A stretch of DNA of 64,000 nt from Callorhinchus milii (lineage: Eukaryota): positions 75,394,001 to 75,458,000 of the forward strand of contig NW_024704743.1 of assembly GCF_018977255.1 (NCBI RefSeq), given 5' to 3'. Numbering within the stretch: position 1 is the stretch's first letter; every line of letters starts with the position of its first letter. A model generated the notes under the pieces. That model was not told the DNA's origin. It did no database searches and worked only from the letters and a program-made list of their open reading frames with translations. Below, one piece after another: positions 38,975-52,131 of the stretch. The translations under genes were made by a program, and so were the position numbers.

Positions 38975-39400
38975 TTGATTCTGCTGCCAGATCAGATCAG
39001 TGTAAGCTGGAGCCCTTCCTTCCTGTAGCCGCTTCCTGTGTTTGCCACAAATCCACTTCACAACTTGATCCTGGACGTTCCATGGGTTGTAGGAAGCCCT
39101 TCGCTGCATCCCCAGGAGCTCAGATCCATAAAGGAGGACTGTTTGCACACAGGTCCTGTATGCCACAAGCTTGACCTGATTGAGACCTTGCTGTCCTTGA
39201 AGAGGGATTAGCATGACCAGAATGCCCTTTGCCCTTTCTCAGCATGGTCCTTCAGACAGTGTCCAGGCTGAAGTTGGTGTTGGTGGAGCAGCTTGAAAAC
39301 CTAAATCCCATGGCCCAAAATAAAGGCTTGAAGATTACTTGCTCAAAAATTTTAGTGAGCAGATCCATGATTGTCATCATCGGTCAGCAAAGCTGCATTA
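38975..39400 (-). mobile_element. Decayed RTE-clade LINE fragment
   Basis: ORF 38825..39214(-) contains VKLVAYRTCVQTVLLYGSE, matching the post-RT motif TKL..Y...V...LLYGSE.W of RTE elements. Confidence 0.65.
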
Positions 39401-40239
39401 CTCCATGTTTGTATTAGGTTCACTATCACAAGTGCTACGTGCTGTCGGAGTGTGTTGGAACTTCCTTTAACCACCCAGTAGATGGCCCACTGCACTAACA
39501 CATCAAAATCTAGGCTTTAATTTGGTACTACAGTTTCTTAATGCTAATAATAATCCTTGAGTTTCATGGAACATTTTATCATGTCATCAAATCATCCCAA
39601 AGCATACATAGGATTTTATTGTGAAGTGTAATTACTATGTATTTGTAGGTGAAAAACTTTGAAAAAGAGTATTTCTTAAGTTGTTCAAAAAAACAGACGG
39701 AATGTACAGGAGAAGGCAACTGTCGACTGAATTGTTTCTATTTGGGTTTATCCAATAATTAAAACAACAAGTATTTACTGTCTGTATATCTTTTTCTGTT
39801 GCAATCTGTAATGAAACACCTTACATGCTTCCAAAATCTTCACTGTACTGTTAATCCGATAATTGTAACCTGGTGCTCGACATTGTTTTTAAGTATTACA
39901 GAAATGTAAATTCCTTGATTGAAATTTACTGACATGATAAATATATACAATAAGCTGTATATCAGGGTTAAAAACATACAGCCATCTACCTAATCAATAT
40001 GATCTTAAAGCACAAATGTAAATTAGAGCTAATACATATGCATAAATAATGCATATGTACATATATTATGTACAATACACATGTAGTACACATTAATAAT
40101 ACATACGCATTAACAGTTCTCTCCATATATAAAATCCACTTGTGTACAACATGATTGCATGTATATATACAAGACAGTACATGATGCAAATACATATAGG
40201 TACGTATATATAGCAAACATATATACACAATCTTAAATA

Positions 40240-40527
40240 ATAATAAAACAATAATAATCCTTGTATTTGATATAGTGGCTTTCACATCTTGAGGATGTCT
40301 CAAAATACTTCTCAGGATTTGCTGTGAGCTGCATTCTGTAGGTGAATGTGGCAGCCAATTTGTGCAAAGCAATGTCTTACAAACATTTTGAAATGAATGG
40401 CCAATTGTATCTGAGATCAACAAACACCAGGAGAAGCTCCCTACTCTTTTCAAAGAGTGCAATGGGATTGTTAACATTTACCTGAACAGGCAGATGGGAC
40501 CTCGGTTTTACCCTTTCATCCAAAGGA
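40240..40527 (-). mobile_element. Deu-domain SINE fragment
   Basis: Reverse tail plus CCTGAACAGGCAGATGGGACCTCGGTTT. Confidence 0.7.
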
Positions 40528-43339
40528 CACATATATATATATATATATATATATATTCCTATTTATGCACATTACATAATACACATGTGTAATAAAGTGT
40601 CTCATTCTCAGTTCTGGTGTTGATGTATAGTGGTACTGGTGTGCTCATTGGCAGGTTTGTGGATGGATAAACCTAAGTTATTTTCTTATTTCTCCTGATA
40701 TTAGTACAAATTGTATTTCCTGCTTCTCTGAGGATGTCAGCTTGACTCAGTTGAGTCTTGCCTTTCTTCTTCTTTCCTTCCCCCATCTGTCCATCTTTCT
40801 CTCAGTCTCTTCTTTGCTTCCTGTTGATTTGGCCAGTAGAAGCTACCAGGTGAACAGCAGCCATCTTGAAGTAGTGTTTCCCAACAGTCAGAGGCCAGAG
40901 TTTGCTATCTCCATCTTCCTGAGCCACATTAAGCCACCTCTTCTTCATCCCAGTGACAACGACAGTTAGCTCCTCACCCTGACAAGCAGCAGCTGTTTGT
41001 CCAACCACTTTAGCTGCATCTGCCTGAGGTGCTAACTGCTGGGCATTTGCTTGTGAGAGTGAATGAACTCCTCATGTTATCTCGCCTAGTTGTTCCCAGA
41101 ATGGAGCAGAGACAGGTCAAGCTGAAGGCTTCCAGCTGCTGATCTTGGTTGTGGTGGAGGGGTGTAGAGGGAGTTTACATCCCAGAGAGATAGAAAAAGA
41201 AAGGTATCACCATGAAGGAATAACTCTGGAGATGCCTGCAGAAGGAGGAATCAGGGAGCCTCCTGATGGGTTTATGAAGTCAGTGGAACATTGCCTCTGG
41301 CTCTCCGACACAGGGAGATCTTGCCATCAGGTCAGAGTCAGCTATGAGCATTCGAACTAAGTAAATCTATCACTCTCCCAACAATGCACCACACCTTACA
41401 GTGAATAGGGCGCCATGTACCTAGCCTTGTGGAGATATTTTGGTGAGACTGATGCTAAAGACCAATGTTTCCAATGACAAATAAATCTTAACCACCGCAG
41501 CACAGTCAACAAGTACATTAATGTTATTTTTCCTCACGTATTGATCCCATTCTTTTTTAATGTTGTTACGTCTCGACTTCAACCGACATTTTGTGGTTGT
41601 TCTGCCAGTTTGCCACAGTTCTTAAATGGAAACCAGCTTCCAAATTAAGTCCCGGATTTGAGAGTTTTCCTCAGTTCTACACAATCTTAAAATTTAAGAT
41701 AAAATGGTTTTACAGGCTAAAACTAGGTGAATTTCAGGCCTAATTTATACAGAATAAATATCAATAAAGAGGGCTGTTAGTATACATATTAAAATTATAT
41801 GAGACCATTAATGTCACTAATGTGAATCAAATAGTGTTATGTATTGTTAAAGAATAATATTGGTAACATTGTGTCAATTGGTACCTATTAATAACGTTGG
41901 TAATTGCTGGTACTGCTAATAACACTCATGCTAACGGAACAAATAGTGTAGCAAATAACAGTATTAATATCAATGTCAAAGATCAATATAAATATTATAT
42001 GAATGTCTGTTAATTATTCCAATACTATTGACAGAAAAACACTAGTACAAGGAATGTGAATGCGAACAATATAGTTTACAGAATAAATGTAGGGTATAAA
42101 ATCGTTAATGACCATTACGTTGCTACTTTCATCTGTAATTTCACTGTATTATACGAGCACCAAAAAGCACCCAGTGCAAGATGATATTTTGTGAAAGGTA
42201 AATAATCTACTGGTGTTTTGTTTCGTGCTCTAATAAAACCTAATGTAAAGCTTTATTACTGAACCCTCAAAGAAACATACTGAATAAAACAACGATGTTG
42301 TCACGATCATCAACTCTTTTGTTGAAATTATTGGGGAGTTTAATTCATTATTTTAAATAATTCTGAATCATAGATGTTCAAAATGACCCAGTGTTTACCA
42401 GTTTGTCTAAGCAGAGGTTATACATGGCAAACCCACTCTCTGCTTGAATTGCACAGTCTGTGCGGTTTGTGGGACATCCAGCAATTGCCCATCTTATTTG
42501 CACAGTGATTCCAGACTTACTTGAGTCGTGTTGCTTTGGAGATGATGACATCTGTGTAGCCGAAGGTGGAAGGACTTGATGAGGATGAGGTTTGACAGGT
42601 TTAGCAGATAACCACACAAAAGTTTCTTACATATTAACCCTTGTGACCTAATTATCCAGTTGGGGGTGTAAAGTAGAGGATTGATGATGCTTAAATTACA
42701 GCAGCTCCTCTGTTGGTTATAATCAATTGCTCCTTATTTAAAATGGGGAGGGGGAATCTAAAACATCTCCAGTGAAAGATGCACTACCTCCATTTAAATA
42801 TAAATGTGTCAACCTGTGTAATGTATTCCTCACACCACATAATAACCCTTGCATTTGATATAGTGCCCATAATGTTGAAACACAAATGAATTGCTATAAA
42901 GTCTAGTCACTGTCTATCAGTAGGTAAAAGTGGGAGCATTTATATAGCATCCCTCACGCAGCACTTAAAAGTTTTAATGGGATGTGGATCATGTTAACAC
43001 AAGTAGCAAATGCAGCTGGTTAAAACATGTAATTTAAAAATAAATTAGTGTAGTTAAACATTGGTGACATAATATCTTCTTATAGTTCCAGCCTTGAGAC
43101 CAATGTCTTAAAATGTAAGAACTGACAGAATTCTTCAGTTCAATTCTGTTATGAAACATGGTATTTTTCATCCTAATGGGGTAAAACTTGTAGAGTTTCA
43201 TAATCCATTTGATATGACACCAAATATCACGTGATTCCTGAATACTGACAAACAATTAAACAACCCCCACCCTCTGAACCTCTACTCATCAGATTCATTC
43301 TTCTCGTACTTTAAAAATATCGTTGCCATTTTGATTTCC

Positions 43340-43760
43340 GAGCACCAGGAGAGCAATGAGAATGATCCCTGAAGTTATTGAGCAAAGATTAGACAAACTG
43401 GGGCTCTTCAGTTTTGAAAGGAGACATCTCAGAGGGAACATTATAGAGGTGTACAAGATTTTCAACAAAAACAGAAGTTGCTGGGAACACTCAGCAGATC
43501 AAGCAGAATCTATGGAGAAAGGAAAGTGAGTCAATGTTTTGGGTCAAGATTTTAAGATGAATTGAGAAAGTAAAGCCAGAACAATGCTTTCAAATGCATG
43601 AAAAGAGTAGAACAAGAGATCACAGGTTTAGAGTTATAAAGAGCAATTTCAGGACAGACACCAGGAAATATTTTTTTGCTCAGAGTGTAATTAACAACTG
43701 GAACAAATTTACCAGGAAAGTAGTTGAGACCAAGAAGCTGGACTATTTTAAAAAGATTTG
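43340..43760 (+). mobile_element. Decayed CR1 LINE 3' fragment, interrupted by a Penelope-like end
   Basis: RAMRMIPE..RLDKLGLFSFERRHLRGNIIEVYKIF, plus ORF 43594 SRTRDHRFRVIKSNFRTDTRKYFFAQSVINNWNKF, typical of the CR1 C-terminus. Confidence 0.8.
43463..43544 (-). mobile_element. Short Penelope-like 3' end with 9-bp TSD
   Basis: Homologous to 55004-55085; flanked by CAAGATTTT at 43454-43462 and 43545-43553; splits a CR1 fragment. Confidence 0.75.
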
Positions 43761-44975
43761 TTTTTATTTGAGCCTGGTCAGTCTTGTGTTATAACACTTA
43801 GGAAGAATTGAATCTTATCTTAAATGTAATGGGCAGAATACCAGCCCTCTACCAAGAAGCACAAACAATGCGAGCTTGGTATATTTTAGTCATGCCTGCC
43901 CCTTGATAAGTGACTCAATGGGTGTTTTACACATTGTGCTCTAACCCATTATGGTCATGCTTCATGCACTGCAGAAAAACCTTGAACTTGCGGTGATTAT
44001 TCTGAAAGTAGGGTTACAGCATAAACAAACATACTGCTGGTGTAAGCACTAGAAAGGCAGCACTGTTGCTGGTGATGGCTAATTCTGGTCATTAATTATT
44101 TTTTTACTAGTCATTCAAAGCGGTTTAACGGAGAGTGAATGCACATCGAACATTATGGCTCCTGATTATGAAGCAATCTGCAAATAATGGATCGTGCTTA
44201 TTCATTTTGTTTTTTTTTGGCAATAACTTATTCCACTGTCATTACACATGCAGTTGCAACATGAAGGGCTTTAACTGAATATGTTAAAGAATCGCATCTT
44301 GCTTTTGATGAAATTGTAGCAGCAGAGGAAACGAGATTGTGTTTAAATGTTTAACAGATTCTTTGAATTACAATGTAACTTTAAGAATTGCTCTCTATGT
44401 AATTATTTCTTTATACTAATGGAAGGCCCGAATCCCCACTGAATTTTCATCAGTGGAAGTCTGATTACTTGAAATAGAGCAATTGTGAAGTAGTGTTATC
44501 TGAGGTGCTTACCAGGAACCACTGGACCAGCACAGGAAGGTTTAGGCCGCTAGCAACAAGCAGCACAATTCTGTTTACCCAATGGCAAAACGACAACAAC
44601 AAATTGCATTTATATAGCGCCTTTCATGACAGGCTGATGTCTGAAGGCATTGGACAATCAAAGGTTTTCACCCAAGCTGAGGATTAGAATCAAGAGGATG
44701 GAGGCCAAGGAGGATGGGAGTGGGAAGATGACAGTGTAATAAGCATGCACAGATCCACCCAGTCACATCTGATCACCTAGTTATGAGTTTTGATGACTGC
44801 TGGGGCTGAGTACATTTGAAAGACAAATATCTCCACTGGCCTCAGCTTGTTCCTTCTGTGAACAACATCCTTTTTGCATTTATATAGGACAATGTCTCAG
44901 AGTTCTTCACAAGGACAGGGTCTGGCGCCGAGCGGGAGAGGAGAGGAAGCAGGAGGTGACCAGATTGCCATCAGA

Positions 44976-45153
44976 AGCTTGAAAATCCATCTAGTCGTAG
45001 TCTGTGAGGCCAATTTGTCATGATATTTAAAACTGGAGAGAGTTTTTTAATTAAATCTGTTTTTTGTAAAAAAAGCTATGCAAATTAATTTTCCACTCTT
45101 CTGTGTTCTCTCAAAAAAATATTACAGGCTATGACTAAGTGGAATTTCGGGCA
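44976..45153. mobile_element. MITE-like element, same TIR family
   Basis: Left GCTTGAAAATCCATCTAGTCGTAGTCTGTGA versus reverse complement of the right end GCCCGAAATTCCACTTAGTCATAGCCTGTAA. A related right end (AAAACTAGGTGAATTTCAGGCCT) lies at ~41719-41741. Confidence 0.55.
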
Positions 45154-45739
45154 CCAGAAAACTCAGTGATATCACATCAGCACCACAAAGCACACGTCTC
45201 ACTTAACAAAAGCTTAAGGTTAGACAAACCCAGCCTCTCCATCTTCACGCAAGGGGCAAATTTTCCTTTCCCCCGTACAAAAAACCCTGCAAGCTTCATT
45301 CATATTGTATTTATCGCAATAACATCTTTCGTTAGTGGGACATCCTCCTGACGTGAAAGGCGCTATACAAATGTAATTGTAATTTGTTGTTGTTGGTTGT
45401 TGATTGAAAGAGCAGGACTTTGAGGGATCACTTTCTCACCTGAGTGAGAGCTTAGCTTGTGATCGCAGGCTGAAGTGGGTGTACTTTAAAAAGATCCGAA
45501 CCAAGCAGAAAATCACCAGCAAAGGTGTATCCATTAAACAACAGGGAATATGAATAAAATACTGCGGAGAAGGAGAACACATTCTGTAGCCAAACTGCCG
45601 AGATTGGAGCTAAAAGCACCGTTCCTTTATGTTCAAAGAAGAGAAAGAGAAACTTCCTCAGAATATAAGCTTTTTGATCCTCACATCTAATGCCAAGTGT
45701 GAAGAGATCCTGTGCTTTGTCTCAAAGATAGAAAATATT

Positions 45740-47118
45740 GCTTGGCTGCCTCCTCCGCCTACCCCCCTAGCACCCTCCTGAGCACCCTCCTCCCATGCCC
45801 TCTAAAACAACCACTCCTCCACTCCTTCCACCACAGCTCCTACCACTGGCCCCATTTCTCCTTCCTTCCTCTCAACCATCAACAACCAACTTCACTCACA
45901 TCTCCCCCTTCACTCCCTACTTGTCAAGTTTCCACCCTGCCCACAGGACTTCTCATGAAAGTCACAAATGATGTCCTCTCTCTGTGATCAGTGCTCTCTC
46001 TGTCTCCTTGTCCTCCTGAACCTCTACACTGCATTCAACAGAGTCGATCATGCCATCCTCCTCCACCGCCTCTCCTCCCTCATCCAAGTTAATGGGACCA
46101 CACTCATCTGTTTCAAGTCCTAATTAACCAATCACCATCACTTTGTCTCCACAAACAATTTTTCCTCCCACCTCTCACTTGTTCATCTGTGGCATACCCA
46201 AAGGGGCTATCCTTGGCCCCCTTCTTTTCTTTATCTACTTTTGGTGACATCACCTGTAGATACAGGTTCAACTTCCACATGTATGTGGATGACACCCAAA
46301 TCTACTTCTCCTCCTCCAGCTGTGACTTCAGGTCTGCAGATTGCTTGTCAGCCATCAGGGCCTGGATGAGTGCAAATTTCCTGTAGTTAAACATTGACAA
46401 GACAGAAGCCATACTCCTTGGCTCCTGCCAACGTCTTCTCATCTGTGGCTCTGATCTCCTCAACCTCACCGGCCTATCTGTAAGAGTTACCAAACCTGTA
46501 TATAACCTGGGCGCCAGGTTCAACCCCCAGCTGTCCTTTCATCACCTCCTGTCTCAATTATTCCAATGCTCTCCTCGTCGGTCCACCCAGTTCCACTATC
46601 CACAAGATCCAATTAATTAAAAACTCTGCCGCCCGCAAACTCACACCGCTCCAAACTCTGTACCCCATCACAGCAGTCCTCGGCAGCTCCACTGACGACC
46701 TATCACAGAACAGATTGACTTCAAGATCCTCACATTTGTCTACAAATCCCTTCATGCCCTGGAACCTGCTTATCTCTTCGATCTGCTTACTCCCCACTCT
46801 ACCACCCGCTGCCTCTGCTCGGCTGGCTGTGGCATCCGGGTTGTCCCTTGTCCCCTCTGCCCCATCGTTGGGGGCCGTGCTTTCAGCCACTGTGCCCCAA
46901 AACTTTGGAACTCTTTCACTCAATACCCCCGTTTTGCCCCTTCCTTCCCCTTTTTCAGATCATACCTGAAGAGCTTCCTCTTCGACTGTGTATCCTTCTT
47001 GGTCCTCACCCGTCACCTCCCTCCTCCCTTCCCGTGGCTTTGTGTCAGGCTCCGCAAATGTTAAGCTCTCTAAGAAGCTTCCTGCATGAAGAGTGTTCTA
47101 TAAATGCAAGTTGTTGTA
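45740..47118 (+). mobile_element. Decayed L2 LINE RT/3' fragment
   Basis: LMKVTNDVL and FHMYVDDTQIYF...AWMSANFL motifs; L2-type tail at ~47080-47118. Confidence 0.88.
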
Positions 47119-47129
47119 ATGCAATACAC

Positions 47130-47410
47130 TACAGTTCTCATTTATATAGCACCTTTCACATCGGGAGGATGTCTCAAAGTGCTTAACCCTGCTGGTTTGG
47201 CAGTTGAGCTGGGGCTGGAAGCAAAAGGGTAGGGAGGGAAAGATGACCGAAAGCACTGTCAAAGAGGTGGGTCTTGAGATGGGTCTTGAACAAGGGAAGA
47301 AAGGGGTAATGGAGATCCAGAATGGCTGAAAGCCCATGTGTTGCTGGTGGGGCAGAGTGGATGGTGGACCTGGAACAGCCTAATGTTTGCTAAGTGAAGG
47401 GAGAGGCCGT
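47130..47410 (-). mobile_element. L2 LINE 3' end, tail-to-tail with the preceding L2
   Basis: CATTTATATAGCACCTTTCACATCGGGAGGATGTCTCAAAGTGCT followed by purine-rich reverse L2 3' sequence. Confidence 0.7.
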
Positions 47411-48285
47411 GTCAATGGGAACAGTATTCAGAAACAAGTATGAAAAAAAAGCAGCTTTTAAAATTACTGCAACACACTCGGAATAAAACATTTTTGACAA
47501 CATTTGCTACTTTTATTAAGGTTTCACATTGAATAAAAGGTGATAAATTATTTAAATTGCTTAAAGATTTGGGTAAGAGCATGCAGAAAAGCTCCAGTGT
47601 GAAACCATAACAAACATGGTAGACATGGCTTTTGAATTTCCTTTCCACTAAATAACACAAGTGCTCCTTATGGGTCCAGGCAATTCAATCCGTCGATATT
47701 CTTTAATTCTGCGTATGCTACAAGATACAGGTACATATTGGAGAGAGTAAAGCAGAAAGAAATGGTAACAATTGATGATTTCATGAAAGTGTGAGAGATG
47801 AGGAGCTGTGCATTGTGAAAGCTGCACTGAAAAAGAGCATCTGGCTCCCTGGGAGTGTTTTCATTGAAGTTCAGGATTTTACTGCAGTTGACTTGAGATA
47901 ACTGCGTGTCTGAGCCAAGAGTAGAATTCCAATGTACAATAACGCTTCATTTTCACTCCCATCCTCAATGTAGGGGACCATCTGCCCTGCCCGTATTGAG
48001 ATTTATATGTGACTGGGCTGTCTTCATTATTTAGCTGCATAGGATATATAGAATGCAGGTTGAATTTTGTCAGGTTGAGCTGGCAGATTTATGAATGTAG
48101 CTCTATTTTTCTCCTACTTGTGTATTTCTGGAATATGTACAAATACATAGAATAAATAAAATGAATGTAGAATTTGACTGATTAAGACAAATCTCTGATA
48201 CAAGTATAATTTGGCGAATTTGAATTACATCCTCACTTAATGTAGAAATAGTAAATTCTGTATATTGTAGTAAACATGATCTGAA

Positions 48286-48424
<139 letters not shown>

Positions 48425-51254
48425 ATCTTGTACAATATAATAACTGTGTGTATACAAAACTCTACCTGTGCTCTTTTAAGAGGTACAATTTTGAGGAAGG
48501 TCATGTCGCACAGCTACAGAGCAGATGCCATGCACAGTGAAGTGATCTTACCCACTATGTCGTACAGAATGGCTTTGCAAAGACATCCCTCCCATCTGTA
48601 AAACAATACTTTGGCAGGGACTGGATTTCTCCAATACAAAATGGCCAATTGTTTCCAAAAATTGGCAAGGTTTGTGATTGTGAATAAATGATTGGAATTT
48701 ACCATTTTGAAAAGAGGAAAAGGGGTCACTTTTCAATATGTTTCTGACACTGAAATATCTTAGTTATTTTAATTGACGTTAATGTATTAAATTAAGCACT
48801 AAATGGGCTAAGGTACAATTATTGTCATTGGTTATAATTTTAGCAAGCAATCTTTAGATTCAAATCCAAGTCTGCTTTTCCGAGCATACAAATTCTTGGC
48901 AAATGAATTATGTGTTTATAAGGATTTAGCTGTGTCGTCTTATGGGGGTGGGGGGGTGGGAGTGAGGAGGGGGGGAAGAAACAAACAGAATCCCCGGTGT
49001 AAATAAGTAAAAACAGCCAAAGCAAATTCCCCTGTTGTGCCCTGGCTGTCACTGGTAAGAGCTTGGCTGCTATAAACTTTATATGTTAAATGAGATATAC
49101 TAGGAAAGTGGTCACTGTGGGATATATTGGCCTAGCATCCACTGTTAGATGCAACACTGAAACATGCCAAAATAGAAAGGAGAAATGTTGGAGGGAAGTG
49201 GTTTGGAACGGTGCAGTGTGCAATTGCTGGTGACATGATATACTGGTGGAGGAGGGGTTTGCGAGAGGGGAGGAATAGCTATTGAAGAAAGAATGGACAG
49301 GATACCTCCTGTGCTGCAATATTCCACTGACAGATACCAGAACGATGACAGAAAATCATACATCATATTTCCTTGTTGACAGTGTCAGTCATTTGTGACT
49401 GGAACCATCTGAGTCCTGGGCTCCTGTGCAGCCACACAGCTGCTGGGTATGAGAGGGGCACATTCAGGATATTTCTGTGATCCTTAGGTGCTGCTTTTCT
49501 CTTAAAAGTTAAGACAATTTTACAAAATTTGGCACAAGCCAGTGGGAAATTGCATGCTGTGCTGCACAAGGTCATCACTTAATGGGGCTAGACAGGCAAA
49601 TCCCTAGCTCAGTCCTTTTGCTTGAACTCTACAGTATGTTGCTTTATTCTGGAGGTTTGCAACACAAATGTTCTGGAAGGCGACACACCATGTACAAAAA
49701 GAGGCACATATTGAAATAAATAAGTTTTGTGGAGCAGGTAGGTTAATTTGCAATTATGGCAGAGCAAAATATTACCAGTGTTACTCTGTTTCTGTCCCAT
49801 CCACAAATCTGATTTAGTGCCCTGACAAAAGTTGCTATGCCTTGCATATAGCAGCCATGGCATCACATAATACCTCAGCATCACAGACCTACTTTATTGT
49901 TAAAAGCAGCCGCCCTTTGGAAACAGATCCGCTAATTCAAAAGGAAATTCGGGTGGATTGGTGTGGGGTAAGTAGACAGATAAGTTTCCACGTGAAAAAC
50001 ACGGGTAGATATTTCTGGAGCTTTAAAAGCTGATGAATAAGAGAATTTCCTTGTCATTATGTTTGAAGTTGCTGCTACATGGTGGACAAAAGTGATTTTT
50101 AAACAGCGTAGGGCATGACTAATGGCACAAGCATGTTAAAATCATTGGGAAAATGTCCTTGGAAGACAAATGAATTTTCAGCAGAATAATTAACTTAATT
50201 AACAAATTCACATGCATATTCATCAGGCTATTGAAGTCTTTCCAGCTCAGCTTGATGAACATTGGTGTAATAACCATCTCATTTACATTTCACAATCTAC
50301 TGCAGATTCAGACAAAAACACTATTTTTTTTGTTCTTTTACTTAGATGCAAAAACAAAAAAAATTCCAAGAACTATTAAGTAAAAAAAATAGTTTAGTTT
50401 CCACCAAGGTGGATGCTTTGCTTCGTATTCTGAAAGTAGGTTAGTGCTAATTCGGACTTGCTTCTGATATTCAGGCCTCTGTTTTCTGTCTTTCGCTCTC
50501 TGGGGTAATCCTTGGCACCAGTTCTGACTTTAAATCTCATGGGCTGCCAGACTGCATCATGTAAAAATTGCCATTTTCCTCTATCTCTGCAGGGCAATCT
50601 TTAAAGGCAGTAAGGTGTGACGCTGCAGACTGGCAGCTTGGCAGCACAGCCTCCGGATACCAGCACTCAGGAAACTGGAGACACAAGCTGCCTGTGATGG
50701 GCAGTCAATGGAGGATATTTTTAAAATGGGTTTATTGAAATTTTTATTTTGCACACTGCACTAAACGCACAAGGTATCCACAAGCGCACAACCAGACCAC
50801 AGAGGTCTGTCCAGACACCCAGATCTGATACCCACGTCTCACAAATATTAAGCTTCACCTACACCAGGTTCTTACATTGCACAGCCACATTTTTGCAAAG
50901 CATTTGCTGATCTGTTAAATTGTGTGTCGTCGTCTCCCACCCCCCCCCCCCCGTCCAATTTGTCTGCAAAGGTTGAATTTTTTTGCAGCTTTTCAGCAAA
51001 TTACCACTTGCAGACAAGTTGCTGAAAGTAGCATCTGGAGCCTGTCTCCAGTCCATCGCAACCTCACCTCGCAGTTCACTGCGAACTGCAGCACACATGA
51101 GGTGCAATTATTCACCCAACCTCTGCATTACATCTATAAATATGCTAGCAGCCTTGCAGCCCCTGATGGACCTAATCCACAGCAATGTCCCCATTACCGA
51201 TTCCCCATCACTGATTCCACCTCGCTTCTTCCTCATCACTGCTTCTCATTGCTG

Positions 51255-51640
51255 GAAACTGGTTTAGTAATAGAAAGCAGAAGGTGATGATAAATGGAAG
51301 AAAACTCTCCAGGGGAGGGGGGTGGGGCGGGGAGGGAGGAAAGGTCGAAAGAGGGCTGTGACTTGCGGAGTTCCGCGGGGGGTCTATTCTAGGTCCCCTG
51401 CTGTTCATGGTAACCATAAATGCTATGGCATAGTGAACTGTATTATTATTATAAAATTGTTAAATGACACCAACCTAAGTGGTCAGGCTATGAGAAGATG
51501 GAGAGTAGCAACGTTCAACAGGACCTGGACAAATTATTAAGCAGATGGGTTAAGGAGGGACATAGGTTTTAAGGTAGGTAAATGTAAGGTAATGCATATT
51601 GAAACAGGAAGCTTGAAACATAGGGACATGTAATGGTGTG
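51255..51640 (+). mobile_element. Decayed CR1 LINE RT fragment
   Basis: NWFSNRKQKVMING...VTCGVPRG-SILGPLLF...VQQDLDKL...KCKVMH motifs across frameshifts. Confidence 0.75.
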
Positions 51641-51778
51641 ATTATATTGCTCGTATCATATTCTTCCACACTCTCCCACCCATTGTTTCTAAATCGTGTG
51701 AACAGCAGGAGGCACAGAGAGGCATCTGCAGGACATACTACACTCTGCCCTCTCTACCTCACTGAATTAGCATTCTTA

Positions 51779-52131
51779 ATAATAATAATAATAATAATCC
51801 TTGCATTTGATATAGCGCTTTTCACGTCGGGAGGACGTCCCAAAGCGCTTCACAGAACACACTGTAAAGTGAATTGACTGTATATTTGTGGGCGAACGCG
51901 GCAGCCAATTGCGCACAGCAATGTCCCACAAACAGTCGTAGATTGAAAATGACCAATTTATTATTGTTTTGTTTTGGAGGGATTATTATTAGGCGTGTGG
52001 AGTAAGGAAACTTGCCCAAGGTTTCGCTCTGCCTGGAATTGAACTCAGGTCTCTCGCTTGCAAAGCGAGTGCTCTAACCACTAAGCTACAGGACTCCACT
52101 AAGCTACAGGACTCCACTAAGCTACAGGACT
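51779..52131 (-). mobile_element. Young tRNA-Ala-derived SINE with L2-type tail and triplicated 5' 18-mer
   Basis: Head GTCCTGTAGCTTAGTGGTTAGAGCACTCGCTTTGCAAGCGAGAGACCTGAGTTCAATTCC (A and B boxes, TGC anticodon-like); (ATT)n tail; TTCTTA flanks at 51773-51778 and 52131-52136. Confidence 0.9.

Noticed and set aside
39986..40477. 163-aa minus-strand ORF
   Set aside because: Read-through of a SINE plus an AT-rich TACATA low-complexity tract.
52025..52100. tRNA-Ala gene
   Set aside because: The tRNA-like sequence is a SINE head that continues into the SINE body and tail; no proper acceptor stem. The same applies at ~5670-5740 and 38227.
52078..52131. CRISPR-like direct repeats
   Set aside because: Contiguous repeats without spacers, inside a vertebrate SINE.
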